A stretch of 63,387 nt of DNA, the filler included, from Asterionella formosa (taxonomy: Eukaryota), in NCBI GenBank assembly GCA_002256025.1. It is 3 parts of 3 records of this genome, joined end to end, with 100 filler letters (N's around TTAATTAATTAA, not from the genome) between each part and the next. Parts side by side here need not be neighbours in the genome. Positions count along the whole stretch, not along the records: positions 1 to 30,647 come from NKIB01000835.1; 2 more parts are not named here. One strand, given 5' to 3'. Both the position numbers and the translations under genes were made by a program. Of this stretch, positions 1 through 10,432 are shown piece after piece. The number at the start of each line of letters is the position of its first letter. Within the stretch, counting starts at the first letter, position 1. Below the pieces are notes generated by a model. It searched no databases. It was not told the DNA's origin and was given only the letters and a program-made list of their open reading frames with translations.

Positions 1-172
1 GAAGTTGAATGGTGATAGGGTTGGTGGTAGGTCGTTTGTTGATGACAGGTAAATCAACAGTGGCGTAATTGCCAGAACTACCAGAATCAGCAATGAGTGT
101 GACGGGGGGACAAGTGATGGGAGATAACTTTGTGTTAATAGTATTATCGGCAGCAACTTGCTCCCCTCCACA
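1..172 (-). CDS. pol: N-terminus of pol (aspartic protease), in frame with gag after TGA; partial
   Basis: Manual translation after the gag stop: CGGEQVAADNTINTKLSPITCPPVTLIADSGSSGNYATVDLPVINKRPTTNPITIQL; no stop and no Met. Confidence 0.8.
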
Positions 173-1261
173 TCAAGCAAGTGGTGAAGGTGGCGGTGAA
201 ACACGGGGTGGCCGGGTAGGACGGGGACCATCACTGAACAGACGGACGCTGCCACCCAGACGTCGATCAAGGGTGGCATTGAGTTGATGGCCAGAAGCTG
301 GATGATTGCAAGTTGCACTGGTATGGTCAGGGTTTTTGGTAAGACCATGAGTCCAACAATAGCCTAATTGGACATTGTTGTAAGTGTATCCAGAAGGGAC
401 AGCACGAGCAGCGGCAGCAATAGCTGGCAATGGGGGAGGGCCACTGGTTTGAATGGCAGCATGGGCACCATGATAACCGGCAGTGGTGGCGGTGGCAAGG
501 CGCAATCGTTCCTTATCAGCATGCATGAAATGTGGGCAAAAATTAACCCATGTACGGTCCAGCTCAGCGCGATCACGCCAAGTTTGAATGCTATGCGAAT
601 ATACACCAGCCTGTTCTAAAGCAGAAAGAGTCAATCGCATGACAGTACTGTCAGAGAAAGGTTCTCCACCAGCATCAGCAATGGCACGAAGATGTTTGAT
701 GCGGATCCATAAATGCTCAATAGGTTCCTCTGGTGTCCAAGCATCGGCCAAGCGCATGCGATTGAGTTCCAAATCATCCGCACTCAATGTTGCATATGTA
801 GATTCTAAGTGAGCAAGTAAGGTCAGAACAGTGATGTCTGCATATCCAAATGTAGCATCTTCCAGAACGTTGTAGTAGGTTGGGTCAATGGCTGTTAGAA
901 TTTGTTGTCGGAGAATTTCACGGATTTGGGAGTAACGGCGGAATGCGTCAAGGGAGGTGTCAAAGAGACAGTTGGCAGCAGTGATTTGGGACTGTGTTGC
1001 AGTAGCACTGTGTGTCGGCTGGATGCCGGGATGTTCGGGCGGTACAAAGGGTTCACCGGCACGTAAGAGATAAGGAGCAGCAGCCATGACAATACCAAGG
1101 AAACCATTGGCACCACCACCACTGGTACAGTGGACAGAGCGAGCGTTGGCAAAGAGTTCCTTGCGAAGGCGGGTTACAGTGAAGGCTGTAGGTTTGCCCT
1201 CGATCGGCGTCAAGAGCGGATGAGGGAAGGGGAAAACAGCGGAAACGATTGGAGTCGTCAT
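173..1261 (-). CDS. gag: Gag-like protein of CoDi-type Copia element
   Basis: Intact 362-aa ORF; N-terminal FPHPLLTPIEGKP..NARSV..GGGANGFLG and C-terminal YCWTHG-x5-H-x4-C-x6-H motifs typical of diatom Copia gag; ATG in ccaccATG context. Confidence 0.85.
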   Translation of the reverse strand: MTTPIVSAVFPFPHPLLTPIEGKPTAFTVTRLRKELFANARSVHCTSGGGANGFLGIVMAAAPYLLRAGEPFVPPEHPGIQPTHSATATQSQITAANCLFDTSLDAFRRYSQIREILRQQILTAIDPTYYNVLEDATFGYADITVLTLLAHLESTYATLSADDLELNRMRLADAWTPEEPIEHLWIRIKHLRAIADAGGEPFSDSTVMRLTLSALEQAGVYSHSIQTWRDRAELDRTWVNFCPHFMHADKERLRLATATTAGYHGAHAAIQTSGPPPLPAIAAAARAVPSGYTYNNVQLGYCWTHGLTKNPDHTSATCNHPASGHQLNATLDRRLGGSVRLFSDGPRPTRPPRVSPPPSPLA

Positions 1262-1408
1262 GGTGGAAGAAGGCCTGAGAGACAGGGACAGCGAACGGGC
1301 AAGCGGTGCTGGACGGTTGATTGTTGAGACCAGTGCTGGTTTGCACTGTCGACAAGACCCGCAACTTCGCAGGTGCGGACAAGAGAGAAAGAACAGATAT
1401 TGTAGTTC

Positions 1409-1575
1409 TGTTGAGGGGAACCTTATCGTGAATAAAGGTGAACTACAATATTATGACTATTCTATTGCTGTTCCAAGTACATCGTTGTTAGCACTCACGC
1501 ATGTACCTAATCTGGTGGCTGCGCCGGTATGGTTCGTACGGCGCATGTATGGAGCATCATATGCAGATATTAACA
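1409..1575 (-). repeat. Putative 5' LTR (~167 bp)
   Basis: Starts tgttgagg and ends attaaca on + (TGTT/AACA termini); ~150 bp upstream of gag ATG; second LTR is outside the window so the boundaries are unconfirmed. Confidence 0.65.
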
Positions 1576-1797
1576 AAATGATCCCTTCACTATTTGTCAC
1601 CGGTATACATATATCTTATTACAATATCGAACTTTTTAAGTCGTTCATTTTGGATTTTAGTGGTCTTAAGCCATCCATATATTCCACGTCATGTATATAT
1701 ATTATTTACAGATAAACGGTTAGAAAATGACTAGTTTTCCATATTTTCTCCAATTTCTTGTGTCAACTGACGTCGATTTATTGTGCAAACACATAAA

Positions 1798-3487
1798 TCA
1801 CTCTTCTGTTACCACGACTTCATCCTCATCGTCCTCTTCAGTTGAGGCTGCTGGTGGCAGTACAGCTCCGACAACTGGGACTGGTGTATCGCCATTTCCC
1901 ATTGTATCAACATACCTGGTAAGCAGTAATTGTTTTGTTGCAGGTAATGAGCGATGCATCGCCAATTTGTTTGTGCAAAAGACACCATTGTTTTTGTTTG
2001 CGCCACCGTCCATTTGTGTGCCTGTTTGTTAAGCGCTCTGATCACTTGCACCTTGTTCAATGTTGTTGTGTAATCCATGAGTTTCTTATTCGCTTTCTCA
2101 CTCTCCTTCTTCTCTGCTCTTCTTTTCCTCCAAGTCATATCTTCGAGTGCTTCCATTACCAGTTTAAAACGTCCAGCCTCCACATGAAGTCCTCTCCACA
2201 TGAAGTCCTGCTGTATACTACCTTTTATATTGGGCAATTGCCAATAGCGCCGACTCCTTCCATTGGAAAGCCACCTGATCGAGATTGATGCCATTCCTTG
2301 AATCCTCTCTGTTCCTATATTCAATAACTTTGTCAAGAAGGGTGCCGGTGATTTCTTTTTTTAGATTCAGTCCTGCTGGTGTGATGGTCGAGATAGCGGC
2401 ATTCAATTCCGTCTGGATTGCTGAAACTGCTGTTAATTGTATTTCGTCATGAAGAAGTGTGTTGTAGTTCAATGGTCCCCATCTCTTTTCAGCAATTGCA
2501 TTCAGGTTGGTGTCAACTCAGGCATTGCTCATGTGTGTGTTCAACAATCAGTCCCTCCTTGCTGAGTTTTACACTGGAGTTTAGTTTGTTCGCAATTCCT
2601 CCTTTCACCATCTCCTCATATACCTAAGTATACATTGTTTCAAAGTTTTGGTAAGTGCACCAGTCTGCATGTTTGCTGTCGAACTTGACAGCATTTTTGC
2701 TTGTTACCAAGGGGCTTGTTCCTCTTCATGCAGTATCCAGTTCCCAGAGCGCCCTTCTTTGTGTTCCTGAAGTGAATATTGTGTTTCTGTTTACATTCCA
2801 GTAAGGAGTCATATGTTGGAGTGTCAGAGATAATGGAATTCGCAAGTAGGAGTCCAGTTGAGACAGAGATCGGTGTACGCATTTTAGCAAGCTGAGAGAT
2901 GACTTGGACAATGTAGGGCTCGAATGCAATTTTTGGAGAGGGAGTTCCTTGTTTCACAATTCCTGTTGCTGGGTTTGAAGTTTTATTCTTGAGTCTACTT
3001 CAGATGGTTTCAATTTTTATTGATGTTCATGGTGGAATGTTTAATTTCTTTTTGGCAGCATCTATGATTTTGGTAAGAAAATCTCCTTTCTTGACTCTGA
3101 TTTTGTTATTCATTTTGTGTTTTGACTGGCAGTTTTGTATTGGTTTGTTACACAGTTGGTTGCTAATTTAATACCTTGCTGGTAGTCTCTTGAAAACGCC
3201 ATGGTGCTTTGTTTGGGACAACCACTTGCTCCTGGTTCTGGAGAAAGTCGTGTAGTCTCAATTGCAGCACTATTTTCGTTTTTACTTCCCCCCCCCCCCT
3301 CACAGGTAAGTTGTGTTTGTTGACTCTCGCTCTGTGCATGTCTATCTGTTAGACTATTGTTTCTCACATTGATGTTTTCATCTGAGTTAAATGTAACTGG
3401 TGTCAAAGTGGATGCAGTAGTGGAGGCTCTGGTTGCAAAAGTAAGTGTGCTGCTAGTTTCAATTCGTTTTGCTGGGTAACAATTCAA
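1798..3487 (-). pseudogene. Degenerate, internally deleted pogo/Tc5-like (CENP-B HTH) DNA transposase relic
   Basis: Fragments EPYIVQVISQLAKMRTPISVSTGLLLANSII..LGTGY..MKRNK and frameshifted KFDSKHADWCTYQNF; C-terminal KWTVAQTKTMV piece; many stops and frameshifts; no DDE core recognised. Confidence 0.55.
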
Positions 3488-4899
3488 TAGAACTGTAGAA
3501 TTAAACCCCCTACTAGTAATAGATCTGTGCTGTTGTTGTTCAATTTCTACAAATGGTACTTCACCATGATGTCATCTTTTGTTAGCCATGTTATTGTGCC
3601 AACTTTGTTGGCTACTAATCTAGTGATAGCACACACCATATGGTAATGCTCCTCCATTGTTAGCCTTTGTAACTTCTAGTTCTCTGACAATGTTGTTTAG
3701 AACAAGCTTTACTTTTTCCTTATCTAGAGTCTTACAACTATCTCTGTACTTCGCTCAAGGTTTGGTGCGTCTTCGGTTCATCATACTAGTATTACTAAGA
3801 ACCGGTAATAAGATCTGAAAATATGGTATATTGCTGACAAAAGTATCATGAGTGTCATCAGCGTGTTGGAAAATGAAGCTTATTCTATGGAGGATCCCTT
3901 CCACAGTCTAGTCCCAACTGCAACACCAATACCCTTTGCTACTAATTCTGCTGATGCGTTGGATGGTTCTCGAGAAGGTGGCGGGCGGGATTTGCATTGA
4001 CTGCCAAGTCATCAACAGTGAACACTTGCATTGATTGTAAGAAATTTGTTTCTTCGATTTGTTGTGATGGTTTTTGTAACCTACAGAACATTTGGTGTTG
4101 TGGTACATGTTTCTCAATGCACAGCTCAGTTGAGCGAGAAAAAATTGGGCAGAATAAATATCCATGATTTGAGCTCAATAATATAGTAACTTAAAATTTA
4201 CCTACGGTACCTTGCTAGTTTGCTACTTTTACGAAATTCGTAAAAATGATTTACAAGTAGTTGGGGTTCAATTCCACCATTTGTTTTGTTTACTGACGGC
4301 AGTGATTTCATTGAAGTTGCTGTCGTGTACAGATGGCACATGTAATTCCATACAGCCTCCTTGCACAGTGACTGCCAAATGCTGCATCCAAGATGCTGTT
4401 TACGGCACTTTTTCACATTTATGTCGAAAGTGACGTATTTATGCTACTTATCTAAAATATTATGTTACTTTTTTGAAATATTATGTTACTTTTTCCCTAA
4501 TTTATTCGGGTTCAACAAAAATTTATTTCACTTATCGAAAAATTATGTGATAACACCAATTATCATGTGTGTTCATGACAATATTAAAGTTGACCAACTA
4601 GCCATGATTGCAACAGTAGAAAAGCGAAATTATGCTGCTCCACTACAATATTATGCTGCTTTCACCATATAATTAACGGAAGAGTCACCAATTCCAATTC
4701 ACTTATTGTTTTTTCTGCTCTGACATATTTCTTTGATCTCAACTGGCAAATAACAACAGTTGCAGGAGGAAGATTCACACAGTATAATTCAGCACACGTA
4801 GTAGTTGCTGTTGTAGACACACTGTTTGGTCATTGTTGATTGCAGAGTTTACAATAGCCTGCCAGATAAGAAATAAAGCACTGTTGGTCGTCGTTCAGC

Positions 4900-6065
4900 A
4901 TCGTTGAGCATTGCATGTCGGCGTAGTGAGTCGAAATTAACGATGAGTACCAGTAGCTGTCAAAGATTGAATTCGTAAAATCGTTTATTTAGAGCTGTTT
5001 CATATTTTAACATTCAATGCTTGTCGCCATAGTACTAGTGAGTCGAAATTGAGATGTGCCGCAATGGCCTTCTCCGTTTTGGAGCAGCTACAAATAGTCT
5101 ACCGCAATAACTTTAGTAAGCACAATAAAGAAACGAATGAAGGAATGAGTAGCTGACAACAATTGAATTCGTAAATTCGTTAAGAAACAGCTGTTGCATA
5201 TTTTAATATTCAATGCATGTCATTGTAGTGAGTCGAAATTGAGATGTGCCGCAATGGCCGTCTCAATTTCGGAGCAGCTAGCAATAGTCTGAAGCGACAA
5301 CTTTAGCAAGTACAATATAGAAAAAGAATCAAACGATGAGTGCCAGTAGCTGTCAAAGATTGAATTTGCTAATTCGTTTGGGAACAGCTGTTGCATATTT
5401 TATCATTAAATACATGTCGCCATAGTGAGTCAAAATTGAGATGTTGTGCCGCAATGGCATTCTCTGTTTTGGAGCAGCTGCAAATAGTCTGCAGCGATAA
5501 CCCTAGAGAGTAAAATATAGAAAAAAATAAGCAAAAGATTAGTAGCTGTCAATGATTGAACTCGTTGATTTGTTTAGAAACAGCTGTTGCATATTCTGCC
5601 ATTCAATGCATGTCGCCGTAGCACGAGTGAGTCGAAATTGAGATGTGCCACAATTACCGTCTCCTCTTCGGAACGGCTACAAATAGTCTTCAGCGATAAC
5701 TCTAGCAATTACAATGTATAAAGAGAACCAAAGGATGAGTAGCTGTCAACGATTGAATTCGTAAATTCGTTTAGGAACAGCTGTTGCATATTTCAACATT
5801 CAGTGCATGTCGCCGTAGTGAGTTGAGATTGAGATGTGCTGTAATGTCCTTCTCCGGTTTGGAGCAGATAGCAATATTCTGAAGCGATAACTTTAGCAAG
5901 TACAATATAGAAAAAGAAGGAAAGGATGAGTAGCTGACAACAATTTAATTCATAAATTCGTTAAGAGACAGCTGTTGCATATTTTAACATTTATTGTATG
6001 TCACCATAGTGAGTCAAAATTTAGATGTGGCTGCCGCAATGGCATTCTCCTTTTCTGATAGGCTA
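4900..6065. repeat. Diverged tandem array 1, ~190-200 bp unit, ~6 copies
   Basis: Anchor gtgagtcgaaattgagatgtg (variants) recurs at ~4926, 5038, 5228, 5425, 5627, 5818, 6009, with shared ggagcagcta, gagtagctgtcaa and cagctgttgcatatt blocks. Confidence 0.95.
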
Positions 6066-6419
6066 GAATACATCTACATTAATAACTGTATTATAAACAA
6101 GTTGGTTGTAAAGGCAAGGGCCAAGGAAATGAGGACTATCAACTTCATTGAATTCAACCACTTCATAACCTGTATTTTTCGCAATATTTCGCATTTTTTC
6201 TGCACACCACCATTCAATAGACTCCAAAAATATTTGCTGATGTCTGATTTGACCAATAAAGAAACTCTTAGAAATTTAGTAGATCGATGCAATTTGGTAG
6301 AGAATAATAGCTTTGAGTTTGGTGCATCCCTGGTGCTCATGTACTAACTATCATCACGGCATACTAGCGCATCCTACTATGGTAGTAAATCAAAAATGAG
6401 AAGTGCCACAATTGCCATC

Positions 6420-7545
6420 TACACATCCTGATGCCTCTTTTGATCAAAATATTTTTGGTATGAGTATATCGACATTTGCCTTGACGGCATTGATCTCGTG
6501 TACATCAAATACTATGCTGAAAAGAAATCGGCTTTAAATTCTTGGTGGAGAATGATGGTTTGGAATTTCCGTTGCTACTGCACTGCCTGGTCATGCAGCA
6601 GTCCACAGCAAGCAGCGAAATCTTACACATCCTGATGAAAAATTTGATCAATATATATTCGTTCTAAGAATATCGACATTTGCCATGACGACATTGATCT
6701 CGTGTACATCAAATACTACGCTGGATAGAGGAAAGCAGTCTTAAATTGGTTGAGAAAGATGGTTTGGAATTTTTTTCAACAGCACTGGCTGATGATCAGT
6801 CCACAGCAAGCACAGAGTATTTTCAAATCATCCTGATGACAAATTTGATCAATATATGTTTGTTCTGATAATATCGATATTCGAAATGAGTGCACTGATC
6901 TCGTGTACATCTAATACTATGCTGGATAAAATCGGCTCCATATTCTTGGTGGAGAAAGGTGGTTTGCAATTTTTGTTGCCACAGCACTGATGATCAGTCC
7001 ACAAGCACAGAAAATTTACATATCCTGATGACCAATTTGATATATATTTTTCTTTCTGAGAATATCGACATTGTCCATGACAACATTGATCTCGTGTACA
7101 TCGAATACTATGATGGACAGAAAGCAGCCTTAAATTAGCTGAGAAAAATGGTTTGCAATACTGGTCATGCAGCAGTACGCAGCAAGCACCGATATTTTAC
7201 ACATCCTGATGAACAATTTGATCAATATATGTTGGTTCTTAGTAGTATTTACAAAATTTACACATCCTGATACTTTCATTGATCAATATATGTTCGTTCT
7301 GAGCATATCAACATTCGAAATGACGGCAGTGATTTCTTGTAAATCAAATACTATGCTAGAAAGAAATCGGCCTTAAATTGGTTGAGAAGGGTTGTTTGGA
7401 ATTTTTGTTGCTTCTGCACTAATGATCAGGCCACAAGCACCGAAAATTTACACACCATCCTGATGACAGATTTGATCAATATATGTTTGTTCTTAGCATT
7501 TCGACATTCGAAATAACGGCATTGATCTCGTGTACATCGAATTCG
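6420..7545. repeat. Diverged tandem array 2, ~180-205 bp unit, ~6 copies plus a partial
   Basis: Anchor catcctgatga..tttgatcaatatat..attgatctcgtgtacatc recurs at ~6421, 6626, 6828, 7019, 7199 (partial), 7261, 7455. Confidence 0.95.
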
Positions 7546-8299
7546 ATCAATACTACAAGTAAGCATAGACTGCGCCGGCTTTTTCTGAAGTGCAATGTAC
7601 AAAAATTTAGTACAAAATGAATGTCGACAAGGAGGACCATCTGCGCCAGTTTTCTTAATTAAAAGCAGCTGCTGGAATGAAAGGAACAAAATATCACATT
7701 CATGGTAAAATGAAATTTTTGTGATTGCTATTGTTGTCGTCTTTGTCGTCTTTTCTGCTATCATGGTTGTGTTCTCGTTGTCGTTATCGCTGTCCCTGTT
7801 GTTTCTGCTGTCATTTTTCTTGTTCTTATTCTATTGTTTCATTTTGGCTACTGTGGCTGTATAATCTTCTCTTCCTTGGTATTCTTTGCCCTGCGTTTGA
7901 ACTTGAACATGCATTGTTTGATATGGAATGTAAAAAGGTCTTGTTTGTTAATAACCAGCCATCATCTGACTCTGTCAATCTTGGCTGTTCTTCTCTTCCA
8001 GATAACAAGGAATCTGTTGTGGGCGAGTTCCTCTGAAAGAAACAGGCAGGCATTTTTTGTTTCTCCTTTTCATCACAGAAAGGATGCATCTGAAAGATCG
8101 AAAAATATATGGTTGCTATTAATATATTGGGAAAAGGAAACAGGTCTTGTGATACATTGTTGTTGTTCTTTTTTGTTGCTCTGCACCGTCGTTTTCTTCG
8201 TCTTGTCTTCAAAACTATGCATGTTTGATTGTTGTTGAAGTTCCTTTACCACCATTTAGTTTTTCCTCGTGCTTATGCCGTTTGGAATTGGAAAAGTGG

Positions 8300-9595
8300 T
8301 CAGTCATGAACTTACTCTGCGAACCTTGTTCTTTTTCTACAGACAACCAATCTGTTTTTGGCAGGGCAGGGTTGAACCTTGGTGGGAACAATGAAATGCG
8401 TCGTGCTCTGTGTCAGGAAGGCTATCCTGTGTCAGGCAGACTATCAATCTTTTGTAATTCGCATTGTTGAATGAATTCTTCTGGTCAAATGGGAAAATCA
8501 TACTATACATGGTAAGCAAGTGCAACGTTTTCTTGCCTTCTGCTGATATTGTTTGCTGTTGCTTGCTGTGGATCTCCTCTCCTATTCTACTTCGTCTTTG
8601 TTCGGAAATGTTAGCGCATGCATTGCTTTTTTGTCATGAATTAGATGAAGGGCTTGATTGTGTACATGTTATTTGTTGATCACGAACTTACTCTGCAAAC
8701 GCTGTTCTTTGTCTACAGACAATCAATCTGTTGAGCGAGAGATTCTTTGGGAATCAGGCGGTATGGTAAGCACAACGAAAACGATGCCTTAGTAACAATT
8801 GTTTGTTCATGAACTCACTCTTCGATTGTTGGCCATTGGGGAACATGGTAAAGAGCAAAACATAACCGAAAGCATGGCTTTGCAACTTTTGTTTTCTCAT
8901 CAACTCACTCTGAAAATGTTGCCCTCTTTCTAAAACAGAAAATCAATCTGAGCAATGAGAATGAGCAGTCGGCTCATTTGATATGAATTCATCTACCGGT
9001 AGTAGGTAACAGGGACTCCTGCAAGTATCTCATGAGTAGCCAAGCAATCTTGCAATTATTAGTTACAGCATCCAGGCAGCTGCAAGAATGAACATGCATT
9101 GCTTGTCGTATTGGTTTAAGAATTGCGTTCTATAGAAAGTATCAATATAAACTATATAGCGAAGCGATTAATTTGATTGATTTTGTGATTGTAGAATTAA
9201 ATTGAAATGTTGATTGGTTACACATACTACTTATTTGTTTGATTAGCGTATATATTTGTTTAACCTTCTTAAGGAATTAATGTGATCAAAGTAAAGATAA
9301 AATGGGAGCAAACAAACAGAATTAATGGTAGTCAGAGTGAAGAATAGTATTTGTGAACGGAAATGTTGCGAATTGTCGAGAAAAGTAGCGTATTATAGAG
9401 AATATTAATGAACAAATTTTTCTTTGTGTCGCCAGAAAATATTGTCAGTTGGCCCCAAAAATTATGTGGGTTTCTAAAATAATTGTGGAAGTTGTCGAAA
9501 CTATTTTAGTTCACTCCTTTCATATATATTGTATGATGCATCATATTTTCTATGTGATGTCATATCCTGCTTAAATTATGTGCGAGAGCGATGGG
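8300..9595 (-). repeat. Dispersed repeat (probable end of a non-autonomous element) with internal ~130-bp repeated cassettes; further copies at 25.76-26.11 kb (direct) and 26.19-26.90 kb (inverted)
   Basis: 9421-9483 ttggccccaaaaattatgtgggtttctaaaataatt is the reverse complement of 26203-26240; similarity continues to ~8720/26900; 8540-8845 matches 25760-26110 directly. Confidence 0.9.
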
Positions 9596-9820
9596 TCTGT
9601 TCGGTATTGACTCTCTTGATTATTTTATGAACTAGTTTTTGCTGGACGTAAAGTGGAGGAGGATGACACAAGATGCAGAATCGAAAAGTCTTCTTTCACA
9701 AACGGGCTCAGCACCATTTAGTCGAATTTGCAGAGTTGGAACCAAACTAAGGGCATGAGAGAAAGCGTGATTTGTTGAAGGCAGCCAGATTCAGCACAAA
9801 TCATTGGACAATTGCGTTGG

Positions 9821-10432
9821 CTAAGGGGAAGGAGCTGCAGAATTAACTACATCTTCGCCTTTAGTAGGCGCAGGTGTAACCTTTGGCTTCTTAGTCTTTT
9901 GGGGCTTTTTAGTCACGACAGGTGCACGAGTTTGACCCTCGTTGGTCGGTGACAGTGTGACAGGTGCTTTAGTCTTTTTGCCCTTCTTTGGTTTTGGGGT
10001 CACAACTGGTGCGCGAGTTTCACCCTCGTTGGTCGGTGACAGTGTGACAGGTTGAGAGGTACCACCCATGCCGCCAGCACGTGCTACTTGAGTAGCTGAA
10101 GTTGAAATGGGAGAACGCGTTAATGGAACACTTGTGACTTTAGCGACAGTAGGGCTTGAAACTGGAGCTGCCGTGGGAGCGGGAGTCAATGGTACCGCTG
10201 TGACTGTAGTGCTTGAGATGAGAGATCCTGTGGGAGGGACGGTTCCCATGCCGCCTCCACCCATGCCTCCACCGCCGCCGCCCCCTATGCCGCCAGCACC
10301 AGCTAGGCGGCGGAGGTTCAAATCTGCTGCCTGTGTGTTGAAAATGCGCTGCATGAGACCGCGGAGGTTCCAGTCGGCTGCAGCGCCCAAAGGGAGGAGG
10401 AGAAGACATATAAAGGAGATATTCATTTTCAT
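9821..10432 (-). CDS. Secreted Gly/Pro/Thr/Lys-rich low-complexity protein, silaffin-like or cell-wall glycoprotein
   Basis: Intact ORF; signal peptide MKMNISFICLLLLPLGAAA; two RxL motifs (NLRGL, NLRRL); poly-Gly; TPAPT/PTAAPV motifs; duplicated PVTLSPTNEG(E/Q)TRAPVVT-Lys-rich unit with KxxK motifs. Confidence 0.8.
   Translation of the reverse strand: MKMNISFICLLLLPLGAAADWNLRGLMQRIFNTQAADLNLRRLAGAGGIGGGGGGGMGGGGMGTVPPTGSLISSTTVTAVPLTPAPTAAPVSSPTVAKVTSVPLTRSPISTSATQVARAGGMGGTSQPVTLSPTNEGETRAPVVTPKPKKGKKTKAPVTLSPTNEGQTRAPVVTKKPQKTKKPKVTPAPTKGEDVVNSAAPSP

Larger units (their letters stand above)
1..1575 (-). mobile_element. Ty1/Copia LTR retrotransposon of the diatom CoDi type, 5' part (5' LTR, leader, gag, start of protease); runs off the window start
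   Basis: LTR-like segment bounded by TGTT...AACA at 1409-1575; gag ORF 173-1261; aspartic protease motif LIADSGSSGNY read manually at ~65-97 on the minus strand. Confidence 0.9.

Noticed and set aside
4900..7545. Satellite arrays as CRISPR-like arrays or as repeat-protein genes
   Set aside because: Whole units are homologous, with no unique spacers and no cas genes; unit lengths are not multiples of 3 and candidate frames contain recurrent stops
6420..7545. CTGATGA motifs in array 2 as hammerhead ribozymes or C/D snoRNA boxes
   Set aside because: No properly placed stem II-GAAA-stem III; C- and D-like boxes and putative guides are not conserved across units; an Infernal scan would settle it
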